64,000 nt of DNA from an uncultured delta proteobacterium. GTDB taxonomy: Bacteria > Desulfobacterota > Zymogenia > Zymogenales > Zymogenaceae. Positions 1 to 10,207 of the stretch are shown one piece after another (position 1 is the first letter of the stretch; the number at the start of each line of letters is the position of its first letter). The stretch covers positions 1 to 64,000 of the forward strand of contig CAWBYW010000006.1 in assembly GCA_963792965.1 (NCBI GenBank). Direction: 5' to 3'. The translations under genes and the position numbers were made by a program. The notes beneath the pieces were generated by a model, which was not told the DNA's origin, searched no databases, and saw only the letters and a program-made list of their open reading frames with translations.

Positions 1-62
1 CCCATGTACGCATAGTTGCAAATCATTCGGTCAGCCGGAAGATAGAGCGGCGGTTTCATGGG

Positions 63-573
63 TCAAAGGAGGTTGCGCCGAGTGACTTTGGCGCGCACTT
101 GCGCCGAGTTGGCAATGCCTTGCCAGGCCGAGGCGACATAGAACTGGAGCAATAAGGTCATTACCGCGTTGTTCTGGCTATTGGTCAGGCATTGCCGGCA
201 AAGTCTTGCATCGTGAAGATCGTGTCATTGGTGACGGCGCTGGCGATGATGGTCGCATTGGTGCTCTGAAGAGGAACTCGCCGGACAGTCGCGGTCGCCA
301 GGTCGTGAAATAGCAAATGTATTGCGCGGTGTTGGTGGAGGTGTAGATGCGCAGCGCGTTGCCCGCCTGGACATTAGTGGGACCAGCGGCGGTGAAAGCG
401 CTGAGCGAACCGGTGCCGACCTGGAGGGAATTGGCGCAGCGCACTTCTTCGATGAGCCCGCCAAGGGTCTGCCGTTCATACTGGGCGTTAAGCAGCTTGG
501 GTTGGATGAGCTGTTGAAACCGCAAGCCGGCCAGGTGGCAAGCCAGGATCCCCACGATGACCAGGCTGAGCAG
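63..573 (-). CDS. 5'-truncated pilin/pseudopilin-like (PilW-like) protein fragment, frameshifted, apparently foreign
   Basis: Manual translation across two indels gives [19 protein letters not shown]...[12 protein letters not shown]...[35 protein letters not shown]...KVTRRNLL-stop. It begins in a hydrophobic helix typical of prepilin-like N-termini and has no start codon. Confidence 0.45.
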
Positions 574-892
574 ACGCCGTCACCCTCCGGTAGAAACAGG
601 AGCGATGCCCGGTATGACAGGCCGCACCACCCACCTGCTCGACTTTGATGAGAACGGCATCTTCATCGCAGTCGACGCGGATCTCCTTGACGATCTGGAC
701 GTGTCCGGAGGTCTCGCCCTTCTTCCAGAGAGTGTTTCGTGAGCGGGAAAAGAAAACCACTTCCCCTTCCCGTAGGGTTCGCTCCCAGGACTCGGCATTC
801 ATGAAGCCTAACATCAGCACTTCTTGCGTCTGATAGTCCTGGATCACGGCGGGGATCAGCCCGCCGAGTTTCTCGAACCTGAGCGATATCAT
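488..892 (-). CDS. hisI: phosphoribosyl-AMP cyclohydrolase, C-terminus aberrant after ~575
   Basis: [33 protein letters not shown] and [12 protein letters not shown] motifs. Confidence 0.9.
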   Translation of the reverse strand: MISLRFEKLGGLIPAVIQDYQTQEVLMLGFMNAESWERTLREGEVVFFSRSRNTLWKKGETSGHVQIVKEIRVDCDEDAVLIKVEQVGGAACHTGHRSCFYRRVTASAQPGHRGDPGLPPGRLAVSTAHPTQAA

Positions 893-962
893 ACGGTCGT
901 CCTCTCGAGGAGTCGTTTACGAGGAGTCGGCATATCCCGGGTCGTTTGGGCTCGCCAAGAGC

Positions 963-3102
963 CTAATATTTTGTCGACCCGAGCTCGATAGAAGGAATCG
1001 TCCCCAGGCCCGACAAGCTAACACTCAGGTAAAAGCCGATTTCGTTGGGCTGATTCGTGTTGGGATCACGGTCATTGAAGACGGTAAGGTCCAGCCCCCA
1101 GCACTGGCGGTGATAGCCGACCCGACAGCTGAGATATCGGAAGTCATCCTGGTCAAAGGAGTATCGAGCCCCGACCGAGAAGTCTATCGACTTATTCACA
1201 GCGACCGTCACCGATCCGAAGAGGTGTTCATAGGGCGTGGGGAAGATAACGTCCGATTCGACGACATAGCCGATCGTGAGGGCGTCCCCCCGCTTGTCGG
1301 TAAAGCTCATGTCCGTGCTCAGATACAAGAACCGGTCTCAGCTCATGGTCATACCTTCCCCTGCCCTGCACCGAAACATAGGACATCGGGTAGAACCTCA
1401 CGTCGAAATAGCTGATTAAGTGAGGGTCCTTGACCTGGTATCCAAGCCAGGGGATATCCGGCTCAAAATCGATTCCCGTGCCGATCTCGGCATAGAGGAG
1501 TTCATCGACCGTGCCCCGTCCCTCAGTGGTTCTCCTCTCACCGAGGATCCGGTTGACCAGCGCGACATAAAGGAGGCTCCCGCTTCGAACATGGTCCTTG
1601 GAGTCGAAGTCCGGATAATCCTGTTCACCGAGGGGAGGTGAGTACCAGTATCCGACGACCGGCTTCATGATATGTTTGATCGACGAGTAGGTGTCGGAGC
1701 CGCTCTTATAGGTCTTGGCCAGATACGTGGAGAGCTCAACGCCGGCCGTGTAGGTCGCCCGGTCCGTCTCCGAGGGGAAGTTTTTATCGCCGTCAAGCCA
1801 CCACCAGCTCAGGTCGCCCTCCACCCATGGGGTCAGTGAAAAATATCCGTTGGTGAAGTTCGCCGCGAGGCGGGGGTTCAGATCGAGCCTGACACCTTCA
1901 ACTCCCTCATCGCGGACGAATTTGGTTACCGATGGGCTCATCTCGAATGACACTGGGGTGCCGAAGAGAGGCAGGGGTCGGACATAATAGGTAAAGCGCG
2001 GCAATCGTTGCAGGGTGAGGTCATCATTGACCCCCGAAAGATCGTCGAACCAGCTCGCGTCCAGGAGCGCGGCCGACCGGTACCACTCCTTGAGGAAAGA
2101 CACCCGAGATTCAAGGTAGCTGTTGGTCTGTATATTGATGTCATCGGAGAAGTCATCGAGGAAGGAATTGTCACTGACCATGTTAACGTCGACAAGGGCC
2201 TGGATATTCCCGGGGAGAGTCTGTCTGTGATAGACGTCGAGACTCCACCGGAAGCCCCGCTCGCTCTTGGTCCCGTCGGCGTTGGTGATCCCGCTGTCGT
2301 CTATGAAGTTGTAGCTCATCTCGCCCCGCAGGTCATTTTTCAGAGCGTAGCGGTATTCAAGGCCTCCCATCACCCCCCGATCGGTCATGACGTCCGCCGT
2401 GAAGGTGGCATCCATGCTCCGGTTTATCGCCCAGAAGAACGAGTCCCGGAATCGAAAACCCTTCTTATCGGACGCCCCGATCAGCGGAAAGAGGAGCCCC
2501 GACTGACGTTTCGTCCTAACCGGGAAGATCCCATAGGGGATATAAATGATCGGAAAGTTTTTGACCCAAAACGCGCCACCCCGGAGTTTGGCCCATCCGT
2601 TTAGCGTCACCTCCGACTCCTTGCCGGTTAACTTCCAATCGGGGACCTCACCGTCGCACGAAGTGATGCTCGCCTCGCGAACACGGTACGTGTTTTCGCC
2701 GAGCTTCTCAAGCTCGTCACCGGTGACGTAGAAGTGCTTATCGGCGTAAAAGATCATCCCTTTGTAGACAATGCCCGTCTGGGTATCGATATTGAGTTTG
2801 AAGCGATCAGCCTTGATTTCGTCGGTGCCGTTGAAGAAGTAGACATGGCCGTCGGCTTCGGCCTCTTTTGTGGCCCCGTTCATGCTGATACGGTCGGCCT
2901 TGAGCACCATGTTGCCCCGCGTAATCTCGACGTTGCCCTCGGCGGTATAGATCTTGTTTTCCCGGTCGTACGAGAGCATGTCGGCCGATAGCATGATGGG
3001 GATCTTCGTGTCTCCGAAATCCGTCGTGTTAAACTGTGCGAGAGCGGGGACCGCCGTGAGGAGCACAACGAAAAATGGTATGAGCGCTTTTATTGTCTTC
3101 AT
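963..3102 (-). CDS. lptD: LPS-assembly protein LptD (frameshift near 1330)
   Basis: Signal peptide, OstA-like N-domain (AEGNVEITRG, LKADRI), ITSCD, RQSGLLFP and C-terminal YHRQCWG; ORFs 1228..3102 and 963..1328 join. Confidence 0.9.
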
Positions 3103-3401
3103 GAGTCAATCCGAAAGAATTTTTTAATGATATTATTTTTAACAAAAATCTTTCGCTTTTTCAAGCATAATATTAAACTTCATAGAAATAGAGTCCCACC
3201 CTGAAAATGAGTCACCGAGTCCGAAAGTGTTTGACTGACACCTCGGGGCGGGCTACAATCGGACGAAATGGATGCTTTGAAGCGTAACGACGCCGACAAG
3301 CGGCCAAACACATCCCATCCCGGCACGGAATGGATCGCGGCCTGCCCACGCCGCTTTACTGATTTCCTGTTCCATTTTCCCCTAATCTCGGAGAAATCCT
3401 C

Positions 3402-4142
3402 ATGACCCCAAACCCCCGAGAAAATTCCGAGGCGACCGAGGCCGCGGGCCGAAAGGAATTCTACACGCGGTCTCTCCACTACTTCCTGCTGATGATGGAA
3501 AAGGAGCCGGTTAACGTCCCGGCATGGGGGCACTGCGGCCTCATGCTCTACGAGCTCGGGAGGTTCGATGAGGGTCTCTCCTATTTCCAGAAAATCGTCG
3601 ATTACGAGCCGCACAATGCTGTGGCATGGGACGCGATCGGGTTCATCAAGATGGAGCGGGGTGATTTTGCCGGCGCCGTCGCGGCTTTCCTTCAGGTGCT
3701 CGAGCTTTCACCGAAGCGCAGCGACGTGGCCGCAGACCTCGCGCTCTGCCTGTTCAATATCGGAGACTACGCCGCGGCTCGTGAAGCGCTGGAGAGGCGA
3801 GTCGGAGAAAAGATGGGGACAAGGGAGCACTATTTGATGTGGCGGATCGGCGAGGCGACGGGTAACGATCCGGTCGCCCATCTTGAGCGCGCCCTGACCA
3901 CCTATCGCCCCCCCGAGGGACCCGTCAGGGAGGGCATCTACGCGACGCTCAACGCCATCCGGGGGGTGATCTTTTCACGATTCGGAAAAGCCCGGGAAGC
4001 GCGCGAGTCGCTCATCGAAGCGGGCAATCGTGCCGCCCTCACGGACCCGGACCGGATGATCCTCTCGGCGGTCGACCTGATCTTTAAGATTCGGGGAGAA
4101 TTCATCAGGGAGGTAAAGGAGCTTTCATCCGGTATACGTTGA
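3402..4142 (+). CDS. tetratricopeptide repeat protein
   Basis: TPR-like repeats (AWGHCGLMLYELGRFDEG, AWDAIGFIKMERGDFAGA). Confidence 0.7.
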   Translation: MTPNPRENSEATEAAGRKEFYTRSLHYFLLMMEKEPVNVPAWGHCGLMLYELGRFDEGLSYFQKIVDYEPHNAVAWDAIGFIKMERGDFAGAVAAFLQVLELSPKRSDVAADLALCLFNIGDYAAAREALERRVGEKMGTREHYLMWRIGEATGNDPVAHLERALTTYRPPEGPVREGIYATLNAIRGVIFSRFGKAREARESLIEAGNRAALTDPDRMILSAVDLIFKIRGEFIREVKELSSGIR

Positions 4143-4221
4143 AACGGGATAAGCCGAAAAAAAGCATCGCCCCGAGGATCCTCGTCCCAAGGGCGATCCG
4201 GCTTTCTGTCGGGCGGTAATC

Positions 4222-4500
4222 CTACTTCTTCCCTTCCCCCTTCCCCTTCCACAGCTCCCAATACCGACAACCGACGAGAGTATCGCCGTCGCCTCATACG
4301 GAAGGAAAATCTTCGTGGCCTGGCCCTCGGACATCCTGCCAGTGTCTCCAGGTCGCGGATGGCGATGAGGTCCTTTGTCGGGTTGCCCTGGTGGATCGCC
4401 CCGTAGACCGCCTGAATCGGCTCTCCCTCGCCCTGGGCCACGGCGATTAGTCTATACTTCTCGGCTTCGGCAACGCACTTTATCGCCTCGGTCGCGTCCT
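4222..4500 (-). pseudogene. C-terminal remnant of an SPFH/band-7 (QmcA/paraslipin-like) protein
   Basis: Across two indels reads EAIKCVAEAEKYRLIAVAQGEGEPIQAVYGAIHQGNPTKDLIAIRDLETLA-MSEGQATKIFLPYEATAILSSVVGIG-LWKGK. There is no room upstream for the N-terminal SPFH domain. Confidence 0.6.
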
Positions 4501-4580
4501 CCGGCGGCGGCGCGGCTTCGGTCGTTCCGGCTCGAACGTCCCTCTTCGATACGACAGGATTAAGAGGATGAAGAAATTCC

Positions 4581-4635
4581 TTGACAGGATGTCGGAAAGT
4601 AGGTATAATCTGATTATTCTGAATATTCTGAATAT
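4581..4635 (+). promoter_or_regulatory. consensus sigma70 promoter followed by three tandem 9-bp repeats (candidate operator)
   Basis: TTGACA(4581)-17 bp-TATAAT(4604), then TCTGATTAT TCTGAATAT TCTGAATAT at 4609-4635. Confidence 0.8.
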
Positions 4636-4657
4636 GTCGACAAGAAGGAATAGTGAA

Positions 4658-4948
4658 ATGACGAAGAAAGACATGACAAAAAGCGACAGCACAGAGAAGG
4701 GAGCGTGTGGAGTGAGCGGCGTCGCCTCGTGCTGCAAGATCCAGTCGATTGTTACGGTAGACGAGCGGGGACAGATGGTGCTGCCCAAGGATATCCGTGA
4801 TCAGGCCGAGATTCGTCCCGGCGACAAGCTGGCCGTTGTCAGCATGGAAAAGGACGGGAAGATTTGCTGCATCGCCCTCATGAAGATCGAAAGCTTCACA
4901 GACACGGTAAAAGGCGTGCTCGGCCCCGTCATGAAAGACATACTTTAA
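4658..4948 (+). CDS. AbrB/MazE-fold DNA-binding protein with Cys pairs (HgcC-like)
   Basis: SCCKIQSIVTVDERGQMVLPKDIRDQAEIRPGDKL (AbrB motif) and KICCI; ATG 4658 follows an AAGAAGGA RBS. Confidence 0.8.
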   Translation: MTKKDMTKSDSTEKGACGVSGVASCCKIQSIVTVDERGQMVLPKDIRDQAEIRPGDKLAVVSMEKDGKICCIALMKIESFTDTVKGVLGPVMKDIL

Positions 4949-5100
4949 GCCCCGGTCCGGCCCTTTCGATGAGTCGGGTGAGTATGGGCCGTCGCATATT
5001 CGGCTGTGCTATTTTCCCCCTCAGGCATGAGGCAAAGAAACCGTTTCCGTCTCGGAGTCCGGACGGTCGGTACCTGAAAGTTTCCATTCGGGAGGAGTTA

Positions 5101-5890
5101 ATGGATAGGCATAAAGCATATTTCGTACTTGGGCTTACCGATCTCGTGGGCTGGGGTTCACTCCTGGCCTTCCTCGTGTTCCTTTTCGTGGGCTCTTTGC
5201 ACCTGGTGAACCTGGGTTTGGACCGGAGCGGAGTCTTATGGTTTGATACCGGCGCTTTCCCTACTGTTCTTCGTCCAGCATAGCGCCATGATCCGGAGGC
5301 CTTCCCGCCGATGGCTGACGCGGTTCGTTCCGGAAGTCTATAGCGGCGCCCTGTATACGATCGTTTCGGGCGTCATTCTACTGACAGTTGTTGTCTTGTG
5401 GCAGGGGTCGGGTGTGACCATCGTCTCGTTTGACGGATTGGGACGGTGGTTGTTGCGTGCCGTCTCTCTGGCGGCGCTGGTCGGATTCGTCTGGGGCATC
5501 AGGTCGTTGAAATTCTTCGACCCCTTCGGCCTCAGGCCGATCCTCAACCGTCTGCGGGGCAAGACTCCGAGGCCGCTACCTCTTGTCGCCGGGGGGCCGT
5601 ATCGCTGGGTGCGCCATCCGCTCTATCTGTTCATGCTGCTGATGATTTGGGCAAGCCCCGATCTGACGGCCGACAGGCTGCTGTTCAATATCTTCTGGAC
5701 GCTCTGGGTTGTGGTGGGCACACTCTTGGAGGAGCGCGATCTGATCACGGAATTCGGCGACACCTACCGGGAATACCGGCGGAAGGTGCCCATGCTGATT
5801 CCCGGCCTCGTCTGGCCGAAGAGGGCGCCGAAAGACGGCAAGACTCTCCCGCATTCTGTTGTGCGTACGGAGCCACCGGCGACGTTGTAA
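5101..5890 (+). CDS. membrane methyltransferase, MddA/nurim/ICMT family (frameshift near 5250)
   Basis: Multiple TM helices, LFFVQHSAMIR, GPYRWVRHPLY and EERDLITEFGDTYREYRRKVPMLIP. Confidence 0.75.
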
Positions 5891-5939
5891 GGAGCCGGTG
5901 CTCGTTTTGAAGATACTATAAAGAAAAGTGAGGTAAAAG

Positions 5940-6793
5940 ATGGAACATGAAGAGATTAAGAAGGCCGTAAGGGAGCGGTATGGGAATATCGCGGCAACGG
6001 GAACGAGCTGCGGCTGCTCGCCCCAGCCCACGGTGCAGTCGTGCTGCGGCCCGGAGACGAGCGCCGACACCTTCTCAAAAAAGATCGGCTATACCGCCGA
6101 TGACCTCTCCGCGGTCCCGGACGGCGCCAATATGGGGCTCGGCTGCGGGAACCCCGTGGCGCTGGCCTCCCTGAAAGAGGGCGAGGTCGTTCTTGACCTC
6201 GGCTCGGGCGGCGGGTCTGGACTGCTTTCTGGCGGCACAAAAAGTCGGCGCGAAGGGCCGCGTCATCGGGGTCGATATGACCGCCGAGATGCTGGATAAG
6301 GCACGCAGGAACGCGAAAAGTGGAGGGTTTGAAAACGTCGAGTTCCGCCTCGGCGAGATCGAAAACCTTCCCACCGCCGATAATTCGCGTGGACGCGATC
6401 ATCTCAAACTGCGTCATCAACCTCTCGACGGATAAGGGGCGCGTCTTTCGTGAGGCCTTTCGTGTCTTGAAGCCGGGCGGCAGGCTCATGATCTCGGACA
6501 TGGTGACCCTGAAGGAGCTCCCAAAGGAGATCATGGAATCGGTCTCGGCCTATGCCGCCTGCATCGCCGGGGCGCTTAAAAAAGACGACTACCTCGCCTC
6601 GATCAGCGCGGCCGGATTTTCCGACGTGAGCGTGGTTGGCGAGACGTTTGTCACCGCCGATCTCTTTTCCGGGGATTCCGAGCTTAAACCGGTCATCGAG
6701 AGCGTAAAAAAGAAATACGCCCATCTCGATGACGGGAGCCCCTTCGTGTCGAGCATCAAGGTCTCGGCGATAAAACCGGATGGGGCCGCCTAA
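5940..6793 (+). CDS. arsM: arsenite S-adenosylmethionine methyltransferase (frameshifts near 6215 and 6388)
   Basis: [48 protein letters not shown] and AACIAGA. Confidence 0.9.
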
Positions 6794-7084
6794 GGCGAAA
6801 CCCGCCGCGGTCTTGGCTTAGCGCCGGGTATCTCTTGAGACGCCGTGGTTTCGTGAATCGGGCGGCTGGACGGCCGCCCTATTCATTTTTACCCTCCGCC
6901 GGTTCCGACCATAAAGTCGAGACCGGTGGCGAATTTGTGCCACGGCGGGGCACCCGCTCGTCGATAACAGATGCTTTCTATCAAATAATTACACCTAAGA
7001 CAAAGATACCTATTTACAAAGAAGTGTCTATAGTATATAAATGTCCGATATACATGATACTTTTTTATGGGGCCCCTTCTCACC

Positions 7085-7672
7085 ATGCGGTTTAACTTCG
7101 ACAAGAAAGAGATGATCATGAAGATCGTCTATTTCGGACCGAGCCTCGGCGGCAAGACGACTTCCCTGCGCGCCATCTACTCCCAGCTCGCCCCGGATGT
7201 TAAGGGCCAATTCATGTCCATTAACACGAAAGATGACCGCACCCTCTTTTTCGACTTCTTCGATTTGGCCACAAATACGAAGGTCGCCGGGGGCAGCCTC
7301 AAAGTTCGGTATGAGCTTTTCACCGTCCCCGGGCAGGTCACCTACGGCGAGACGAGACGACTTGTCATGAAGGGGGCCGACGGCGTTGTCTTTGTGGCCG
7401 ACTCCCAAAAGGCCAAAATGCCTGAGAATATCGAATCCCTCAGAGATCTCCACAATATCCTTGCCTTCTACGGCAAAGACCCGGAGAATTTTCCGACGGT
7501 CATCCAGTACAACAAAAGGGACCTCCCCGAAGTCGCGCCGGTCGAAGAGCTGCGCGCCACCCTCAACAAGCGGGGCCTCCCCGACTTTTCCACCGTCGCG
7601 CTGACGGGCAAAAACGTTATGACGGCCCTTGAGGCGATCTCCGCCGAGTGTATCAAGGCGACGAGGCATTAA
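7085..7672 (+). CDS. mglA: MglA-family small Ras-like GTPase
   Basis: KIVYFGPSLGGKTT, DRTLFFD, TVPGQV, GADGVVFVADSQ and QYNKRDL. Confidence 0.8.
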   Translation: MRFNFDKKEMIMKIVYFGPSLGGKTTSLRAIYSQLAPDVKGQFMSINTKDDRTLFFDFFDLATNTKVAGGSLKVRYELFTVPGQVTYGETRRLVMKGADGVVFVADSQKAKMPENIESLRDLHNILAFYGKDPENFPTVIQYNKRDLPEVAPVEELRATLNKRGLPDFSTVALTGKNVMTALEAISAECIKATRH

Positions 7673-7917
7673 GTCCTTCTATCGGACTTTTCCCCTGCGC
7701 ATTTTTCAGACCCCGCCGATTGACAACCCGCAAGACTCTATAAAGGTCCCTACCTTGTTGGACCCATCGAAAGGACGCACCGACTCCTGTCCCCCGTGAC
7801 CCTCCCACGCTCATCAGCTCAAACCGCCCGAAAATGCTTGATAAATAGTCTCTTTTAAGGGATGATTACAACAGCTTTCGTCTCTTGCATATATGCGGTC
7901 AAGAGAGAGGTTCACCG

Positions 7918-9138
7918 ATGAACTCGATCGAAAGGGTCAAGGCTGCCCTGCATTTCGGGGGACCCGACAGGGTCCCGGTCTATCGGGCGGGGCTCGGAGA
8001 CGTGCTGCCGCTGGTGATGCTCCCCCCCAAGAGGTGGCGGCCGGGACACGCCGAGGATGAAGAGGGCCTCTTTCCTTATATCGGCGACGAGCAGTTCGTG
8101 AGACTCGGGCTCTGGAAATGGCAGAAGCCCGCGTGGGCGAAAGCGCCCGAATACCGGAAGTGGATGACGCTGTCCCGCCGGGAGATCGACGAGTGGGGAG
8201 TGACCTGGAAACGGGACGGAAAGATCGCCACCATCGGCCATCCGGAAAAGCCGGCGCTTTCCGACTGGGAGTCGTACGGCCGGTATCTCGGCCGCTATAA
8301 TCCCGACCCGACGGACGCCGACCGCTACCGGCTCTTCGTCAGGATCGCCCGTATCTTCGGACGGAATCGGTATCGGATGGGAATCCTCGGCGATCTCGGG
8401 CCTTTCAGCGAGGCAGCAAATATCCGTGGGTTTAATAACTTCCTGATCGATCATCGAAAAAACCCGGAGCAGTTGAGAAAGCTCCTCTCACACCTGACGG
8501 ATTTTTACCTCAAGGCGATGGATATGTGGGTCGCGTGTGGAGCACGCCCCCACGGCTTTATCCTCTATGACGATCTGGCCGACCAGCACCGGCCGTTCAT
8601 GAGCCCGGCGCTCTTTGCGGAATTCTACGAGCCCGTCTTTCGAACGCTGATCGACGCGGCCCACTCCATGGGCTGCGAGATGCACCTGCATTGCTGTGGT
8701 AAGATGGACGCGCTGATCCCCATCTTCATCGGATGGGGCCTGGACGCGCTCGAGCTCGACTCCCCGCGCATGACCGGGTACGCGGACCTTGCCCTGTTTC
8801 GCGGCAGGATCATGATGTGGGGGTGCGTCAATATCCAGACGATCTACCCGCGAGGGACCGCCGAGGAGTGCCGTCGGGAGGTCTGGCATATGGTTAGAAA
8901 CCTCGGGACCGAGAGGGGCGGCTTCGGCGCCTACCTGTACCCACAACCAAATCATATCGGCGTGCCGAAGCAAAACATCAGGGCATTCGAGAGAGGCCTC
9001 AAAGAGTACGGCGTATACAGGGATATCCCGGCATCGTGGTGGGACGATCCCGTCACCGAGCGCTGGGAAGACGACCTGGTGCCCCCGCTCCCGCGCTCCG
9101 AGCCCGTAGAGAGGCGCTTCTCGCTCCCGCGAAAGTGA
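7918..9138 (+). CDS. uroporphyrinogen decarboxylase family (MtaA/CmuA-like) protein
   Basis: MNSIERVKAAL, DEWGV, YDDLADQ..FMSP, HLHCCGK and WGCVNIQ. Confidence 0.8.
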   Translation: MNSIERVKAALHFGGPDRVPVYRAGLGDVLPLVMLPPKRWRPGHAEDEEGLFPYIGDEQFVRLGLWKWQKPAWAKAPEYRKWMTLSRREIDEWGVTWKRDGKIATIGHPEKPALSDWESYGRYLGRYNPDPTDADRYRLFVRIARIFGRNRYRMGILGDLGPFSEAANIRGFNNFLIDHRKNPEQLRKLLSHLTDFYLKAMDMWVACGARPHGFILYDDLADQHRPFMSPALFAEFYEPVFRTLIDAAHSMGCEMHLHCCGKMDALIPIFIGWGLDALELDSPRMTGYADLALFRGRIMMWGCVNIQTIYPRGTAEECRREVWHMVRNLGTERGGFGAYLYPQPNHIGVPKQNIRAFERGLKEYGVYRDIPASWWDDPVTERWEDDLVPPLPRSEPVERRFSLPRK

Positions 9139-9341
9139 GGTGTGTCGGGAGAAGAGGATTAAACGGGTAGGGTGGAGTGGTCGTTATTTTTTGTCCGTCG
9201 ATGGGAAAATTTTTCCACCTTTTCACTCATGGCCAAGAGACCGACTCGTCGCGGATCTCGAATGACACGCGGACGGAAAACGTAAGGAGGATTAGGTCCT
9301 TCACCACGTTAGGTTTCTTTTCTACATAACTAAGCGCACCT

Positions 9342-9989
9342 ATGCAAGAGGCGGATATGAACGAGCTTCAGGGAATCACCCATCTCGGGTTTCGGATTGT
9401 TTTGGATTCGCTTCAGGAGAATATCGGCAAGAACGGGAAGAACGCGATCCTGAACTACACCAAGCTCGAAAAGTACATCAAGAGCCCTCCCGATTACGAC
9501 ACGGAACAACGGATATCCACACAGGAATACCAGCGATTGTGGAGCGGGGTCCGGGTCATCCTTGGTAACAAGGGGTATAACTCGATCGTCTATCGGACGG
9601 GATTGACGCTGATCGACGATGCGCGGGACCGTAACCCTGCCTACAAGGCCCTGATCGAGAGCCCGCAGGACCCGGTTGAAAAGCTCGTGACCTTCCTGTC
9701 CGCTTATCTCTACGCGATCGGGATGAAACCCGAGGAATCGATGGAGCACGCGCCGGATAAAAAGACGGTGGTCGTCCACCGGCCCCAGTGCAACGAGTGC
9801 TTCGAGATCTGCAAGAACACGGAGATAACGGGGGAAATCACAAAACCCGGATGCGCATTCATCGTCGGGGCTTTCACGCGCCTCGCGAACATGCGCCAGG
9901 ACCTGCTGCTCTCTACCGTCCAGGAAACCCGATGCAAGCTCATGGGGGCCCCGGAGTGCACGTTCAAGATTACGTATGAGGTTGTTTAA
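9342..9989 (+). CDS. stand-alone V4R-domain protein
   Basis: IGKNGKNAILNY N-terminal part and V4R Cys pattern PGCAFIVG..VQETRCKLMGAPECTF. Confidence 0.75.
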   Translation: MQEADMNELQGITHLGFRIVLDSLQENIGKNGKNAILNYTKLEKYIKSPPDYDTEQRISTQEYQRLWSGVRVILGNKGYNSIVYRTGLTLIDDARDRNPAYKALIESPQDPVEKLVTFLSAYLYAIGMKPEESMEHAPDKKTVVVHRPQCNECFEICKNTEITGEITKPGCAFIVGAFTRLANMRQDLLLSTVQETRCKLMGAPECTFKITYEVV

Positions 9990-10207
9990 GGGAAGGATAG
10001 GACTCGGGGGCTCACACGGGTGCGACGTCCCTTCAGGCTGTCGCGCGTGTTTTCTCTTTACTGGGCCTCGTCAAGGTCCCGTAGTGGGTTTTCGATAAGT
10101 GTAAAGGGGGGCTTGCCGTTGGGGTCAGGGGGTATCATCGACGGCGGAGGCGTCGCTCGGGATGAAGGATACATCTCACCTTTCCCGTCGTGACCGACGA
10201 TCCGGCC

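Noticed and set aside
4568-4657. ORF-track N-terminal extensions (here and at 43778, 56034 and 18504)
   Set aside because: They run through promoter-like or intergenic sequence, and downstream starts fit the RBS or family length better.
4658-6793. Mercury methylation (hgcAB) locus
   Set aside because: No HgcA cap-helix motif or HgcB ferredoxin is in the window; only the associated regulator-like gene is present.
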